DNA of 64,000 nucleotides, taken from the sequence record KM190144. One strand, 5' to 3'. Source of the DNA: Escherichia phage Av-05. Shown here piece after piece: positions 50,630-59,298 of this stretch. A program made the position numbers and the translations under genes. A model generated the notes under the pieces. That model was not told the DNA's origin, searched no databases, and worked only from the letters and a program-made list of their open reading frames with translations. Numbering within the stretch: position 1 is the first letter of the stretch; each line of letters opens with the position of its first letter.

Positions 50630-50959
50630 ATGAAAACGTATCAAGAATTTATCACTGAAGTTACATTATCTGCGGAACAGAAAGCTGCTATCGAAGAAGG
50701 TAAAAATCCCAAAGTAACATATAAAGTAAATGGTAAAGGCGTTTTTGATGGCTTGGTTCAAGACCCTGAATTGAAAAAAGCTCTTTCTAAAACTAATGCA
50801 TACTTTGCTCCTAAATTTAACGCAGCTGGTGTACTTATTGGATTGGATGTATTCAACTCTAAAGGTGTTCTATCTAATGCCTTTGGTTATGCCGCTAACA
50901 AAATTACCAAAGCCGCATGGGAATCCAATACCAAACAAGCTCAAAAGCCTAGAGTATAA
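50630..50959 (+). CDS. internal-protein-like protein
   Basis: N-terminus MKTYQEFITEV. Confidence 0.5.
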   Translation: MKTYQEFITEVTLSAEQKAAIEEGKNPKVTYKVNGKGVFDGLVQDPELKKALSKTNAYFAPKFNAAGVLIGLDVFNSKGVLSNAFGYAANKITKAAWESNTKQAQKPRV

Positions 50960-51133
50960 TTCTTGCCTAATAAAGGGAAACGCAACCTCTCCTCATGAAC
51001 GTCGAGTCCTCTGAGTGATGTACCTTTTCCAACCTGTAATAAGGTCGAGCCCAAGTGCGGTAATGGGTTTACATAGCGAGTCGAAGGACCTAACATGTGC
51101 CATGGAATGGCCCCAACCTAAAAGAGAAACTAA

Positions 51134-51673
51134 ATGAGAACATTTTTAACCGGACCTTATCTATCCCTGATGAATGCTTTTACACACCATTCTGATGCTA
51201 GAGTAGAAGAAATTTGTAAGAACGGTTATGCCCCACCATTTGAAGACGTACTCAAGCAGTACTGTACACTTCGTTTAGACGGCGGCAGACAATCAGGTAA
51301 ATCGACCGCAGTAACTAATTTTGCTGTTAATTGGCTGTATGATGGCGGAACAGTTATTGTTCTTTCTAATACTTCAGCTTATTCTAAAATTTCTGCTGGC
51401 AACATTAAAAAAGAATTTTCTCGTTATTCTAGCGACGATATTCGATTCCGTTTATTTACTGATTCTGTTCGTAGTTTTATTGGCAATGAAGGTTCTAAAT
51501 TCCGTGGATTAACGCTTTCTCGTATTCTATACATAATTGACGAGCCTATTAAAGCTCCTGATATGGATAAGATTTACAATGTACATATTAAAACAGTCCA
51601 ACACTGTTGCAAAAGCAAATATTGCAACGGCGGTAATGCTCGTCCTCAATTTTTTGTGATTGGAATGCAATGA
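51134..51673 (+). CDS. P-loop NTPase-like protein
   Basis: Walker A GGRQSGKST and Walker B-like ILYIIDEP. Confidence 0.4.
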   Translation: MRTFLTGPYLSLMNAFTHHSDARVEEICKNGYAPPFEDVLKQYCTLRLDGGRQSGKSTAVTNFAVNWLYDGGTVIVLSNTSAYSKISAGNIKKEFSRYSSDDIRFRLFTDSVRSFIGNEGSKFRGLTLSRILYIIDEPIKAPDMDKIYNVHIKTVQHCCKSKYCNGGNARPQFFVIGMQ

Positions 51674-51978
51674 TGACCACTATTGAAGTTTTTGAGTATT
51701 GTTATAACAGCCCAGTATGCAATAAAAGGGCTCTTGTAGAAAATTACGAGATTTACCATTTTAAACCTAAACGATATCGTTTGACTAAAGGTCCGTTCGC
51801 AGGGCAGCAGGTTCTTTGTACTGCTCCTAATGCACGACTGATGACTAGTATTCCGCATTTCAAAATGGAATTTATTGATGGGCCATTTAAGGGATTAATC
51901 ACTCAAAGTTTAATGGCGTTTAATTCCGACCCATTTTTGATTAAAGAAAAAACTTGGATAAATTTATTTTCTAATTGA
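51670..51978 (+). CDS. hypothetical protein
   Basis: 102-codon ORF. Confidence 0.3.
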   Translation: MMTTIEVFEYCYNSPVCNKRALVENYEIYHFKPKRYRLTKGPFAGQQVLCTAPNARLMTSIPHFKMEFIDGPFKGLITQSLMAFNSDPFLIKEKTWINLFSN

Positions 51979-51984
51979 GGTTAT

Positions 51985-52347
51985 ATGAAAGCATATCAAA
52001 TTCTTGAAGGTACACATAAAGGCACTATTTATTTTGAAGACGGTACTCAAGCCCGGATTATTGTCTCTAAGACTTTTAAAGAAGACGCTATTGTAGACCC
52101 GGAAATTTTCTACGGTTTGAATGCCCGTGAAATTGAAATTGAACATCAACCTAAAGTTAAAATTGAAGGTGGTCAACATCTGAACGTTAACGTTCTGCGT
52201 CGGGAAACTCTGGAAGATGCAGTTAAGCATCCGGAAAAATATCCGCAGCTGACCATCCGTGTATCCGGTTATGCAGTTCGCTTTAACTCTCTGACTCCGG
52301 AACAGCAGCGCGACGTTATCGCTCGTACCTTTACTGAGAGTCTATAA
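51985..52347 (+). CDS. autonomous glycyl-radical cofactor (GrcA/YfiD-like; T4 Y06I-type)
   Basis: C-terminal 60 aa with RVSGYAVRF glycyl-radical motif appears identical to E. coli GrcA; codon usage shifts mid-gene. Confidence 0.7.
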   Translation: MKAYQILEGTHKGTIYFEDGTQARIIVSKTFKEDAIVDPEIFYGLNAREIEIEHQPKVKIEGGQHLNVNVLRRETLEDAVKHPEKYPQLTIRVSGYAVRFNSLTPEQQRDVIARTFTESL

Positions 52348-52571
52348 TGGCTAAATTGATTATAGAAGGGTCTGAAGATGTTTTAAAATGTTTTGCCGCC
52401 TGGTTTAGTTGCTCAGGCGAGCAATCATTCACTGAAGCATTTAGAATGGGTGATATTACTGGAAACTATCCGACAACTGATATCATTGTACGTGGATATG
52501 GTATTAATGAGCCTATCCAATTGGTCGAATATGACCTTGCCACCGATGAGGAAATTCCTTATGTCGATTGA
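52347..52571 (+). CDS. hypothetical protein
   Basis: 74-codon ORF. Confidence 0.3.
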   Translation: MAKLIIEGSEDVLKCFAAWFSCSGEQSFTEAFRMGDITGNYPTTDIIVRGYGINEPIQLVEYDLATDEEIPYVD

Positions 52572-52827
52572 AGATATTAAAGGCTACAAGCCACATACCG
52601 ACGATAAAATAGGTAAAGTGAACGCTATTAAAGATGCAGAAGTCCGTCTTGGATTGATGTTTGATGCTCTGATTGAAGAAGCCTATATCTTGAAAGAAAA
52701 TGAAACAGAGCATCAAACCAAAGAAGATATGGATGCAGTGCAGGCTCTTAAGTACGCTAAGCAACATCTAAAAGAAGCCAGCATGTGGGCCTGTCGTGCA
52801 GTATTTCGTCCTGAGGAAAAATACTAA
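52560..52827 (+). CDS. hypothetical protein
   Basis: start at ATG 52560 overlapping the upstream gene end. Confidence 0.3.
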
Positions 52828-53042
52828 TGGCTTCTACTATTACTGGGTTATTGGACTTCCAGGAAAAGGTCAACAAAATTTGTAGTGAATACTTAAAGTA
52901 TCTTGAAGAAGACCTTGAAGATTGTAAGGAAGAAGGCGAAGAAGATTATGCTGACCAGCGTCGTCGCCAAATCGAAGAGATGAGACATTTCGCCGATATG
53001 GTATCTAAAGAATCTTGGACTTTAACTCCATTTTATCAATAA
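52827..53042 (+). CDS. hypothetical protein
   Basis: 71-codon ORF, acidic. Confidence 0.3.
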   Translation: MASTITGLLDFQEKVNKICSEYLKYLEEDLEDCKEEGEEDYADQRRRQIEEMRHFADMVSKESWTLTPFYQ

Positions 53043-53046
53043 AGTA

Positions 53047-53075
53047 GTTTACTTCTCCTCTAGTTGTGTTACTAT
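53047..53075 (+). promoter_or_regulatory. T4-early-type promoter
   Basis: -35 GTTTAC, 17 nt spacer, -10 TACTAT; spacer TTCTCCTCTAGTTG is the perfect inverted repeat of CAACTAGAGGAGAA at the regB SD. Confidence 0.55.
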
Positions 53076-53103
53076 AGACCTGTCAACTAGAGGAGAAATA
53101 AAA

Positions 53104-53562
53104 ATGACTATCAATTCGGAAGTTTTTATCCGTCGCAATAAACTCCGTCGAATCTTTGAAACGGAGTTTCGTCAAATCAATGCCGGTATAAAAGATGCTG
53201 CAAAGTCTCTTGGACTACCAGGCTTTCATATCAAGTATTCTCAACATCTCTTAGATCGTGCCATCCAGAGAGAAATAGATGAGAATTACGTTTTTGAATT
53301 ATTTCGTAAAGTAAAAAATCACGTTAAAGAAGTTGCAGAATTTTTATCAATGCCGGCACGTCCAGATGTTGATGAAGATTTTGTCGAAGGTGTCGAATAC
53401 CGCCCAGGCCGTTTAGAAATAACTGATGGAAATCTTTGGTTAGGCCTTACAGTTTGTCGCGAAAATCCGGCATTCAAAATGAAGACTCTTCAATGTAGAA
53501 TGGCTATTATTAACAATAAACGACTACCAGGAAAAGCTTCTAAAGCAGTGATTAAAATCTAG
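53104..53562 (+). CDS. regB: RegB endoribonuclease
   Basis: close match by eye to T4 RegB (MTIN.EVFIRRNKLRR...YSQHLLDRAIQREIDE...LQCRMAIIN..RLPGKASKAVIK). Confidence 0.85.
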   Translation: MTINSEVFIRRNKLRRIFETEFRQINAGIKDAAKSLGLPGFHIKYSQHLLDRAIQREIDENYVFELFRKVKNHVKEVAEFLSMPARPDVDEDFVEGVEYRPGRLEITDGNLWLGLTVCRENPAFKMKTLQCRMAIINNKRLPGKASKAVIKI

Positions 53563-53570
53563 AGGTAAAC

Positions 53571-54113
53571 ATGAGAAAAGCACTACTCGCTGGTCTATTT
53601 GCTCTTTCATTATCAGCACATAGCTCCGAGCATACTTTTAGTAATGTCCAACTCGATAACTTGAATTATGCTTATCAGTTTGGGGAACAATTTTCTAAGG
53701 ACGGAAAATTTAAAACGCATGAAAATATGCATAAGAAAGGACTTGGATACATAATGGCCGCAATACTATGGCAAGAATCATCTGCCGGTATTAATCTTAA
53801 AGATAAGAAAGGTCACCATGCGTATGGAATGTTCCAAAACTATCTACCAACAATGAGGGCAAGAATTAACCAGCTTGGTTATAATATGACTGATGCCCAA
53901 ATTAAGAAAATGCTATCTAAGCGGTCTAATTCAGCCAGATGGGCTTATATCGAATTTTCTTATTGGTTAAATATACATAACGGGGATATAAGAAAAGCTA
54001 TATCCTCATATAATGCGGGATGGAAGACAAGTGCTGGAAGTAAATATGCTTCTGAAGTCCTAGAAAAGGCTAATTACCTTAAATCAAATAAACTACTGGA
54101 AATAAAAGAATGA
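53571..54113 (+). CDS. secreted lytic-transglycosylase-like protein (T4 vs.1-like)
   Basis: signal peptide; position after regB. Confidence 0.45.
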   Translation: MRKALLAGLFALSLSAHSSEHTFSNVQLDNLNYAYQFGEQFSKDGKFKTHENMHKKGLGYIMAAILWQESSAGINLKDKKGHHAYGMFQNYLPTMRARINQLGYNMTDAQIKKMLSKRSNSARWAYIEFSYWLNIHNGDIRKAISSYNAGWKTSAGSKYASEVLEKANYLKSNKLLEIKE

Positions 54114-54457
54114 CCAAAATGTTGGCTTTAATAGTTAGCTTGGTTTCATTTAACGCTCTTGCTAATACTACATATACTGATGTAACGGAGTATACAAACA
54201 GAACGGCGTCTGATTACTGTGGTAAAAGTCAAGAGTGTAAAGTAGATTTTTCACAAAAATTGTTATATGCGTATAAAGACGGAGAAAAAGATGGGGCGTC
54301 TAGTAGGTTCAAGGCGTCTACCTTAATTAAACGATATCATAAAAAATGGCAAATATTAGAATGCTCGGTGGCGGAACCTAAAGATAAGGCAGCATGCAAT
54401 TCTATGGTGGACCGTCTAGTTGACTCTTATACTAGAGGACTTGTAGCAAGTGATTAA
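54110..54457 (+). CDS. secreted protein
   Basis: signal peptide MTKMLALIVSLVSFNALA. Confidence 0.35.
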   Translation: MTKMLALIVSLVSFNALANTTYTDVTEYTNRTASDYCGKSQECKVDFSQKLLYAYKDGEKDGASSRFKASTLIKRYHKKWQILECSVAEPKDKAACNSMVDRLVDSYTRGLVASD

Positions 54458-54917
54458 AAACTATATCAAGGGCGATATTGTCGCCCTGTTTTCTAAAGGT
54501 AATAATATTGCTCATGGGTGCAATTGTTTTCATACAATGGGCGCCGGTGTAGCAGGTCAATTGGCAAAGGCTTATCCAAAAATTCTGGAAGCCGATAAAC
54601 TTCAAACTGAATTCGGAGACGAGTCTAAACTTGGGACTTATTCGGTTTATGAAAAATATTTTAAGACTCATAAAGCTTATTGCTTTAATCTTTATACTCA
54701 GTTTGAGCCGGGACCTAATTTTGAGTACTCTGCTTTAATGAATTGTATAATAGAATTAAATGAATTCGGAAAAAATAAGATAACAAAGCCTGTGATTTAC
54801 ATGCCAAGAATTGGAGCAGGTATAGGTGGTGGAAACTGGGATATCATTGAAGAAATTCTTGATACATATTCCACTAAACTAGAAATTGTGATTGTTGATT
54901 GGGAACCATTGTTATGA
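54450..54917 (+). CDS. macro-domain protein
   Basis: NIAHGCNCFHTMGAGVAGQLAKAYP and IGAGIGGGNW motifs; paralog of 37696-38217. Confidence 0.55.
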   Translation: MIKNYIKGDIVALFSKGNNIAHGCNCFHTMGAGVAGQLAKAYPKILEADKLQTEFGDESKLGTYSVYEKYFKTHKAYCFNLYTQFEPGPNFEYSALMNCIIELNEFGKNKITKPVIYMPRIGAGIGGGNWDIIEEILDTYSTKLEIVIVDWEPLL

Positions 54918-55126
54918 ATGTGCATTATCCTCACCCGTATGACCCAAAGAATAAAGCAGTTATTATTCGTGAATGGGAAGAAATTCGTCAGACTAAGTGT
55001 CCTATTAACACCCCTCACGATGTTGAACGTCGTTATCATGGACGCTTTATGGAATATACCTTTATTGATAAGAAAGGTCGTAAAAAGCATGTCGAAGAAT
55101 ATTGCATGCAGGTCAAATGGTTATGA
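54899..55126 (+). CDS. small conserved protein (paralog of 41007-41222)
   Basis: shared HPYDPKNKAVIIREWEE...EYTFIDKKGRKKHVEEY. Confidence 0.4.
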   Translation: MGTIVMNVHYPHPYDPKNKAVIIREWEEIRQTKCPINTPHDVERRYHGRFMEYTFIDKKGRKKHVEEYCMQVKWL

Positions 55127-55329
55127 GCCAAACAAAAATTCTTACAGGTGCTAAATGCGAAAAATGCGAATGGCCTGTAGTTTTTGCTTTATGCAATGAC
55201 GAAATGGCTTGTGATTTTGATTATTGGTGTTACTGTTCGAACAAAGGTTGTAGCAATCATAAAGGTGAAGGGTTTTACTCAGGATTTTACCCTTACCCAG
55301 ATTTCGTTAAAGAAGGTGAACCTAAATGA
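55102..55329 (+). CDS. Cys-rich small protein
   Basis: 75 aa with CxxC pairs. Confidence 0.3.
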   Translation: MHAGQMVMSQTKILTGAKCEKCEWPVVFALCNDEMACDFDYWCYCSNKGCSNHKGEGFYSGFYPYPDFVKEGEPK

Positions 55330-55508
55330 AATTGACTAAAGAAGAGAAAACTAAACTGTTCGAACTTATCCATGACCTATTGGATGAGCAAGCAGCCACC
55401 AATGCGTACGATGAATATGCTCCTTTAACAGACGAAGAATATCAAGCATTGATGGAATCATTTGACAGGAAAGAACAAGAACTCATTGACTACGTGAATT
55501 CACTATAA
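55326..55508 (+). CDS. hypothetical protein
   Basis: 60-codon ORF. Confidence 0.3.
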   Translation: MKLTKEEKTKLFELIHDLLDEQAATNAYDEYAPLTDEEYQALMESFDRKEQELIDYVNSL

Positions 55509-55517
55509 GGGACTCTT

Positions 55518-56099
55518 ATGGCTAGTTTAATTTTTACCTATGCCGCTATGAACGCTGGTAAGTCTGCTTCATTACTTACTGCCGCACATAACTATAAAGA
55601 ACGTGGCATGGGTGTATTAGTTCTTAAACCGGCTATTGATACTCGCGATTCAAAAGGTGAAATAGTCTCTCGTATTGGTATTCGTCAGGATGCCAATATA
55701 ATTACAAAAGACATGGATATCTTTGAATTTTATAAATGGGCTGCAGCACAAAAGGATATTCACTGTGTATTTGTTGACGAAGCTCAGTTCTTAACTACTG
55801 AAAAGGTGTATCAACTTAGTCGTATTGTTGACGTATACAATGTGCCGGTAATGGCATACGGACTACGAACAGATTTTAAAGGTAATCTATTTGAAGGTTC
55901 TCAAGCATTAATGGCTATTGCCGATAAGCTTGTTGAACTTAAAGGTGTCTGTCATTGCGGTAAAAAGGCCACAATGGTAGCTAGAGTCACGGAAGACGGA
56001 CTTCCAATTACAGATGGCAGTCAAATTGAAATTGGTGATACCGATAGATACGTGTCATTATGCCGGAAGCATTGGAATGATTTGACAGGGTTGTTATAA
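55518..56099 (+). CDS. tk: thymidine kinase
   Basis: MASLIFTYAAMNAGKS P-loop, VFVDEAQF, C-terminal CHCG...C zinc motif; close to T4 Tk by eye. Confidence 0.9.
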   Translation: MASLIFTYAAMNAGKSASLLTAAHNYKERGMGVLVLKPAIDTRDSKGEIVSRIGIRQDANIITKDMDIFEFYKWAAAQKDIHCVFVDEAQFLTTEKVYQLSRIVDVYNVPVMAYGLRTDFKGNLFEGSQALMAIADKLVELKGVCHCGKKATMVARVTEDGLPITDGSQIEIGDTDRYVSLCRKHWNDLTGLL

Positions 56100-56126
56100 A
56101 TACTAATATCTAACCAAGAGGTATAT

Positions 56127-56339
56127 ATGCAGCAATTAAACGAAAGACAACTTCGTAATCTTACTGTAACCCAATTGGACGAAATCCGAAGAGAATTAGG
56201 ACATTCTATTTCTCATTTAAACGAGGATATTCGTCAAACTGGTTCTAAAGCTGATTATACACGCAAGCGCAAGCTGGAAAAATACCTCGCAGATGTTAAG
56301 GCCGTTCAAAGGCGAAAAATAAATACTGGCCAAAATTAA
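56127..56339 (+). CDS. hypothetical protein
   Basis: 70-codon ORF, basic. Confidence 0.3.
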   Translation: MQQLNERQLRNLTVTQLDEIRRELGHSISHLNEDIRQTGSKADYTRKRKLEKYLADVKAVQRRKINTGQN

Positions 56340-56351
56340 CAGGAGGCCTAT

Positions 56352-56654
56352 ATGGCCTTAAGAGCGATAGCTGTCATGGCGATGCTGGGGTTTTTTGCAG
56401 CAACAACTCCTATTGTTGGCACTGCATATGTTGACCCGTACTTTGATAACTTTATGGAATCAGGGATTAAAAACGTATATACTTTGTTCGAAATTCAAAA
56501 TGTTGAGAATTCTGAAAAATTTTATAAGTATATGGCAAAGCATTACAAAAATAGCCCCTGTGATGATGCATTTGAATGTCATGAACAAGGCATAAAAACT
56601 GCCAGAAAATTTGCTGAGTTCATGAAAATAAAATTAGAGCCTACATCTATCTAA
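56352..56654 (+). CDS. secreted protein
   Basis: signal peptide MALRAIAVMAMLGFFAA. Confidence 0.35.
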   Translation: MALRAIAVMAMLGFFAATTPIVGTAYVDPYFDNFMESGIKNVYTLFEIQNVENSEKFYKYMAKHYKNSPCDDAFECHEQGIKTARKFAEFMKIKLEPTSI

Positions 56655-56660
56655 TTTACT

Positions 56661-56690
56661 AGCCCCTTCCGAAAGGTTGGGGCTTTTTTG
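56661..56690 (+). terminator. rho-independent terminator
   Basis: AGCCCC-ttccgaaaggtt-GGGGCT then TTTTTG. Confidence 0.55.
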
Positions 56691-56699
56691 CATCTATCA

Positions 56700-56728
56700 G
56701 TTTACTTCTCCTCAGGTTGTGTTATAGT
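56700..56728 (+). promoter_or_regulatory. T4-early-type promoter
   Basis: -35 GTTTAC, 17 nt spacer, -10 TATAGT; spacer TTCTCCTC is complementary to the downstream SD GAGGAGAA. Confidence 0.5.
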
Positions 56729-56755
56729 AGACCTTACTTACTAGAGGAGAACGTT

Positions 56756-56935
56756 ATGTCACGTAAAGAAAAAATTTCTAAGTTAATGTTTTTGATTGAA
56801 GAGTACGCTAACGCTGTATCCGATTGGGAAAATGCCCATGGGTGTGAAGACGGTGATATCGATATCAATAAGGCAATGAAAAAGATGGCTGATACGCACA
56901 CTGAATTGCAAATGTATGTTAACGAGATTATGTGA
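56756..56935 (+). CDS. hypothetical protein
   Basis: ATG at 56756 with GAGGAG SD. Confidence 0.35.
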   Translation: MSRKEKISKLMFLIEEYANAVSDWENAHGCEDGDIDINKAMKKMADTHTELQMYVNEIM

Positions 56936-56942
56936 GGATATT

Positions 56943-57149
56943 ATGCTTTACGATTATACTGGAAAATCTGAAGACGGTGTACTTGAACTTTTACCTGAAA
57001 GCGCTGAAGATGATGATATGGTGGCGATGTTTTGTAAAAATGGTCCTGGGGATAAGGGATGGATTTATCTTCGACAAGAAAATGACTTAATTGTTTTGGA
57101 CCCTAAACAAGTTGAAGAACTTTATCAACATTTAAAACACAATCGGTAG
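56943..57149 (+). CDS. hypothetical protein
   Basis: ATG at 56943 with GAGGAT SD, overlaps the upstream stop. Confidence 0.3.
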   Translation: MLYDYTGKSEDGVLELLPESAEDDDMVAMFCKNGPGDKGWIYLRQENDLIVLDPKQVEELYQHLKHNR

Positions 57150-57180
57150 TTTACATCTTGGTAGGACTAAAAAAAAAATT

Positions 57181-57690
57181 TTAAGATGCTTCTAATTCAG
57201 ATTTAAGATCAGCAATCATCTTTTCAAAGGATTTGTTCTTAGTCAGTGTAACACCTTTAGAAAGTGCAAACTCAACTAATCTATCTTTACTACCTTTTTT
57301 ATCAGCTTCATCATTCAGAGACATTGCTTCCTCTAAAATCAGATCAATAGATAGATTTTCTTTGTCATCCTTTTTATCTTGCACTTCTACAATCTTGGCA
57401 TCAACTGCCTTACCCATACTATTTGGATTAGGAATATCTTTGTTAAAGAATACAATATAAGAACCCATACGAATAGTAGAGTGCTGTGCATCAACATCAA
57501 GACCAGACATCTCAGCAAGAGCAGTGAAAAACTCAACAGTGTTTCTGAATGCCTTGTGTTGTGTCCCCACACATAAACCATTCAAAGGCAGTCTTGCAGA
57601 TACCGCTGCATTCAATTGTGGTGCATATGCTCCGAAAAACTTAAACAGTTCCACTTTATTAGGGAAAATACGATAATTTTGATTTGCCAT
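57181..57690 (-). CDS. hypothetical protein (head-module associated?)
   Basis: 169-codon ORF downstream of the major capsid gene. Confidence 0.35.
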   Translation of the reverse strand: MANQNYRIFPNKVELFKFFGAYAPQLNAAVSARLPLNGLCVGTQHKAFRNTVEFFTALAEMSGLDVDAQHSTIRMGSYIVFFNKDIPNPNSMGKAVDAKIVEVQDKKDDKENLSIDLILEEAMSLNDEADKKGSKDRLVEFALSKGVTLTKNKSFEKMIADLKSELEAS

Positions 57691-57764
57691 AAAATCTCCT
57701 TTTATTCCTTAGTAAAAACCACTTGACAACACAGGATAAGTGGCTATTATTAAGGTCAGAATGT

Positions 57765-57794
57765 GAAAAAGGGGAGGTGATAATTCACCTCCCC
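57765..57794 (-). terminator. rho-independent terminator after major capsid gene
   Basis: 10-bp stem GGGGAGGTGA/TCACCTCCCC, followed on the minus strand by a U-run. Confidence 0.55.
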
Positions 57795-57820
57795 TCATTA
57801 GAGGTAGCATTTAAGCTATC

Positions 57821-58834
57821 TTATGCGAAAGTACCAGTAGAACGTACAACCAGTTCAGGACGGGTGTTAACCGTCAGGAAGGAAGTTTCAGATTCAACTT
57901 TCTCTTCACGCAGATATGCAGAAGATTTGTACCACAGATACAGTTCTTCAGCTACAGTGTTTGCTTCACGAACATCATCTGCCGGAGCATAATGGATCTG
58001 GAACATATCATCAATACCTTGCGGCAGGATGTATGCTTCACCATCTGGGATATATCCAGAGATGTCTTCAATGTAGGTTACGTTCTTATGAACAAACATA
58101 CGGTTGTTGGCATTCTCAGAACCCATACCCAGACGACGACGCAGCGGTTCTTGGGTAGAAGAGTAATACTGGTAAGCGTTCATGATCAGCGGGTGGGCGA
58201 TCAGAGCAGAGAACCATTTACGAGAAGCCAGAACAATGATATTATAGTTATTGCCGTTATCACCTGCATTGTCGATGATGTATGCACGAGCGTCTTTCTC
58301 AATCAGATCAGACGGGTCAACTGCAACATCTGTGAAGTTGATATTGGCAGTATGCTGGGTAACTCCCCACTCAGTAAAGTAGTTGTACTGTGCGGTCGGA
58401 TCTTGTGGAGACCATGATTTACCCATGATTGCCTGAACCATTGCTTTTTCTTTCAGTTGTTCATGAGAAACGCGAATACGCTTAACTACGCGAGCAACTA
58501 CGTCTTCAACAGTTCTCGGAGCGTCCGTAGTGAAGTATTTACGGAAGTTCTGAACATCTGCCGCAGTGATCTGACGATCCAGAGGGAAGAACGGAATGTT
58601 GAAGTTCTTGATTTGGGCTTTTTCACTACCCACATAGTTACGTTCTCCACCACGACGACGTGCAGGAATATCCGCAACAATTTCGTCAACACGCTCAACA
58701 CGAGCAATTGTGGTTTCACCATGGTAGGCGGTGAACAGATCCATGTTGGTAATCAGGCGATACTGACGTGGAACAAGTTCCAGTGCTGCGCCAAGGTTTA
58801 CGATTTGAAAGTCGTTAGTCTGTACTGCTGCCAT
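57821..58834 (-). CDS. major capsid protein (lambda gpE-like)
   Basis: 337 aa; several segments parallel lambda gpE; highly expressed-type codon usage. Confidence 0.6.
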   Translation of the reverse strand: MAAVQTNDFQIVNLGAALELVPRQYRLITNMDLFTAYHGETTIARVERVDEIVADIPARRRGGERNYVGSEKAQIKNFNIPFFPLDRQITAADVQNFRKYFTTDAPRTVEDVVARVVKRIRVSHEQLKEKAMVQAIMGKSWSPQDPTAQYNYFTEWGVTQHTANINFTDVAVDPSDLIEKDARAYIIDNAGDNGNNYNIIVLASRKWFSALIAHPLIMNAYQYYSSTQEPLRRRLGMGSENANNRMFVHKNVTYIEDISGYIPDGEAYILPQGIDDMFQIHYAPADDVREANTVAEELYLWYKSSAYLREEKVESETSFLTVNTRPELVVRSTGTFA

Positions 58835-58857
58835 TTATAAATTCTCCTTGATGCAAA

Positions 58858-59280
58858 TTAGCTGATAGCCGTTACTTTAATATCTTCAGAACCATCGAAA
58901 TATTTATCGGTGATTTTCAGACCTCTTGCCTCAAGAGCTTTAATAGCAGTCTCGTCAATTCCTGTGGAACCATCAGAGAACACAATCTTGGACTTATTCA
59001 GAGTAAGGCCACGAACAGCAACAACAAAATTATATTTGGTTCCTACTTTGAACGGGGTAACAGGTTCGTATGCAGGTACAAGGTCATGGTCAACCAGAAC
59101 ACCATAAGCCTGAGCAGCATCACCAGATGCAGCTAAAGTACCGTCTTCTTTAACGATCATACCTGCTTTCATACCTGCTGCGTACTGAATCTCCATTTCC
59201 TTGAAGCTATAGCCTTGGTCAGAAGAATCAACTTTACCCAGTACAATGTCAGAGTAGAAACCTTGAATTGGATTAGCCAT
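58858..59280 (-). CDS. head decoration protein (gpD-like)
   Basis: 140 aa between scaffold and capsid genes. Confidence 0.45.
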   Translation of the reverse strand: MANPIQGFYSDIVLGKVDSSDQGYSFKEMEIQYAAGMKAGMIVKEDGTLAASGDAAQAYGVLVDHDLVPAYEPVTPFKVGTKYNFVVAVRGLTLNKSKIVFSDGSTGIDETAIKALEARGLKITDKYFDGSEDIKVTAIS

Positions 59281-59298
59281 TTATTTAATCTCCTCGAA

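Noticed and set aside
57150-57180. Run of ten A between convergent genes as terminator or slippery site
   Set aside because: No adjacent stable hairpin and not inside a coding region; probably just AT-rich intergenic sequence.
57721-57750. Sigma70-like TTGACA...TATTAT on the + strand pointing into the capsid module
   Set aside because: No downstream plus-strand gene; probably a chance match in AT-rich DNA.
1101-58722. Antisense or embedded ORFs in the six-frame track (e.g. 1101-1376, 3272-3595, 7764-8648, 26450-26885, 31644-31979, 34255-34772, 36157-37100, 57233-58722)
   Set aside because: They lie wholly inside longer, better-supported ORFs on the other strand or frame and lack start contexts; treated as spurious.
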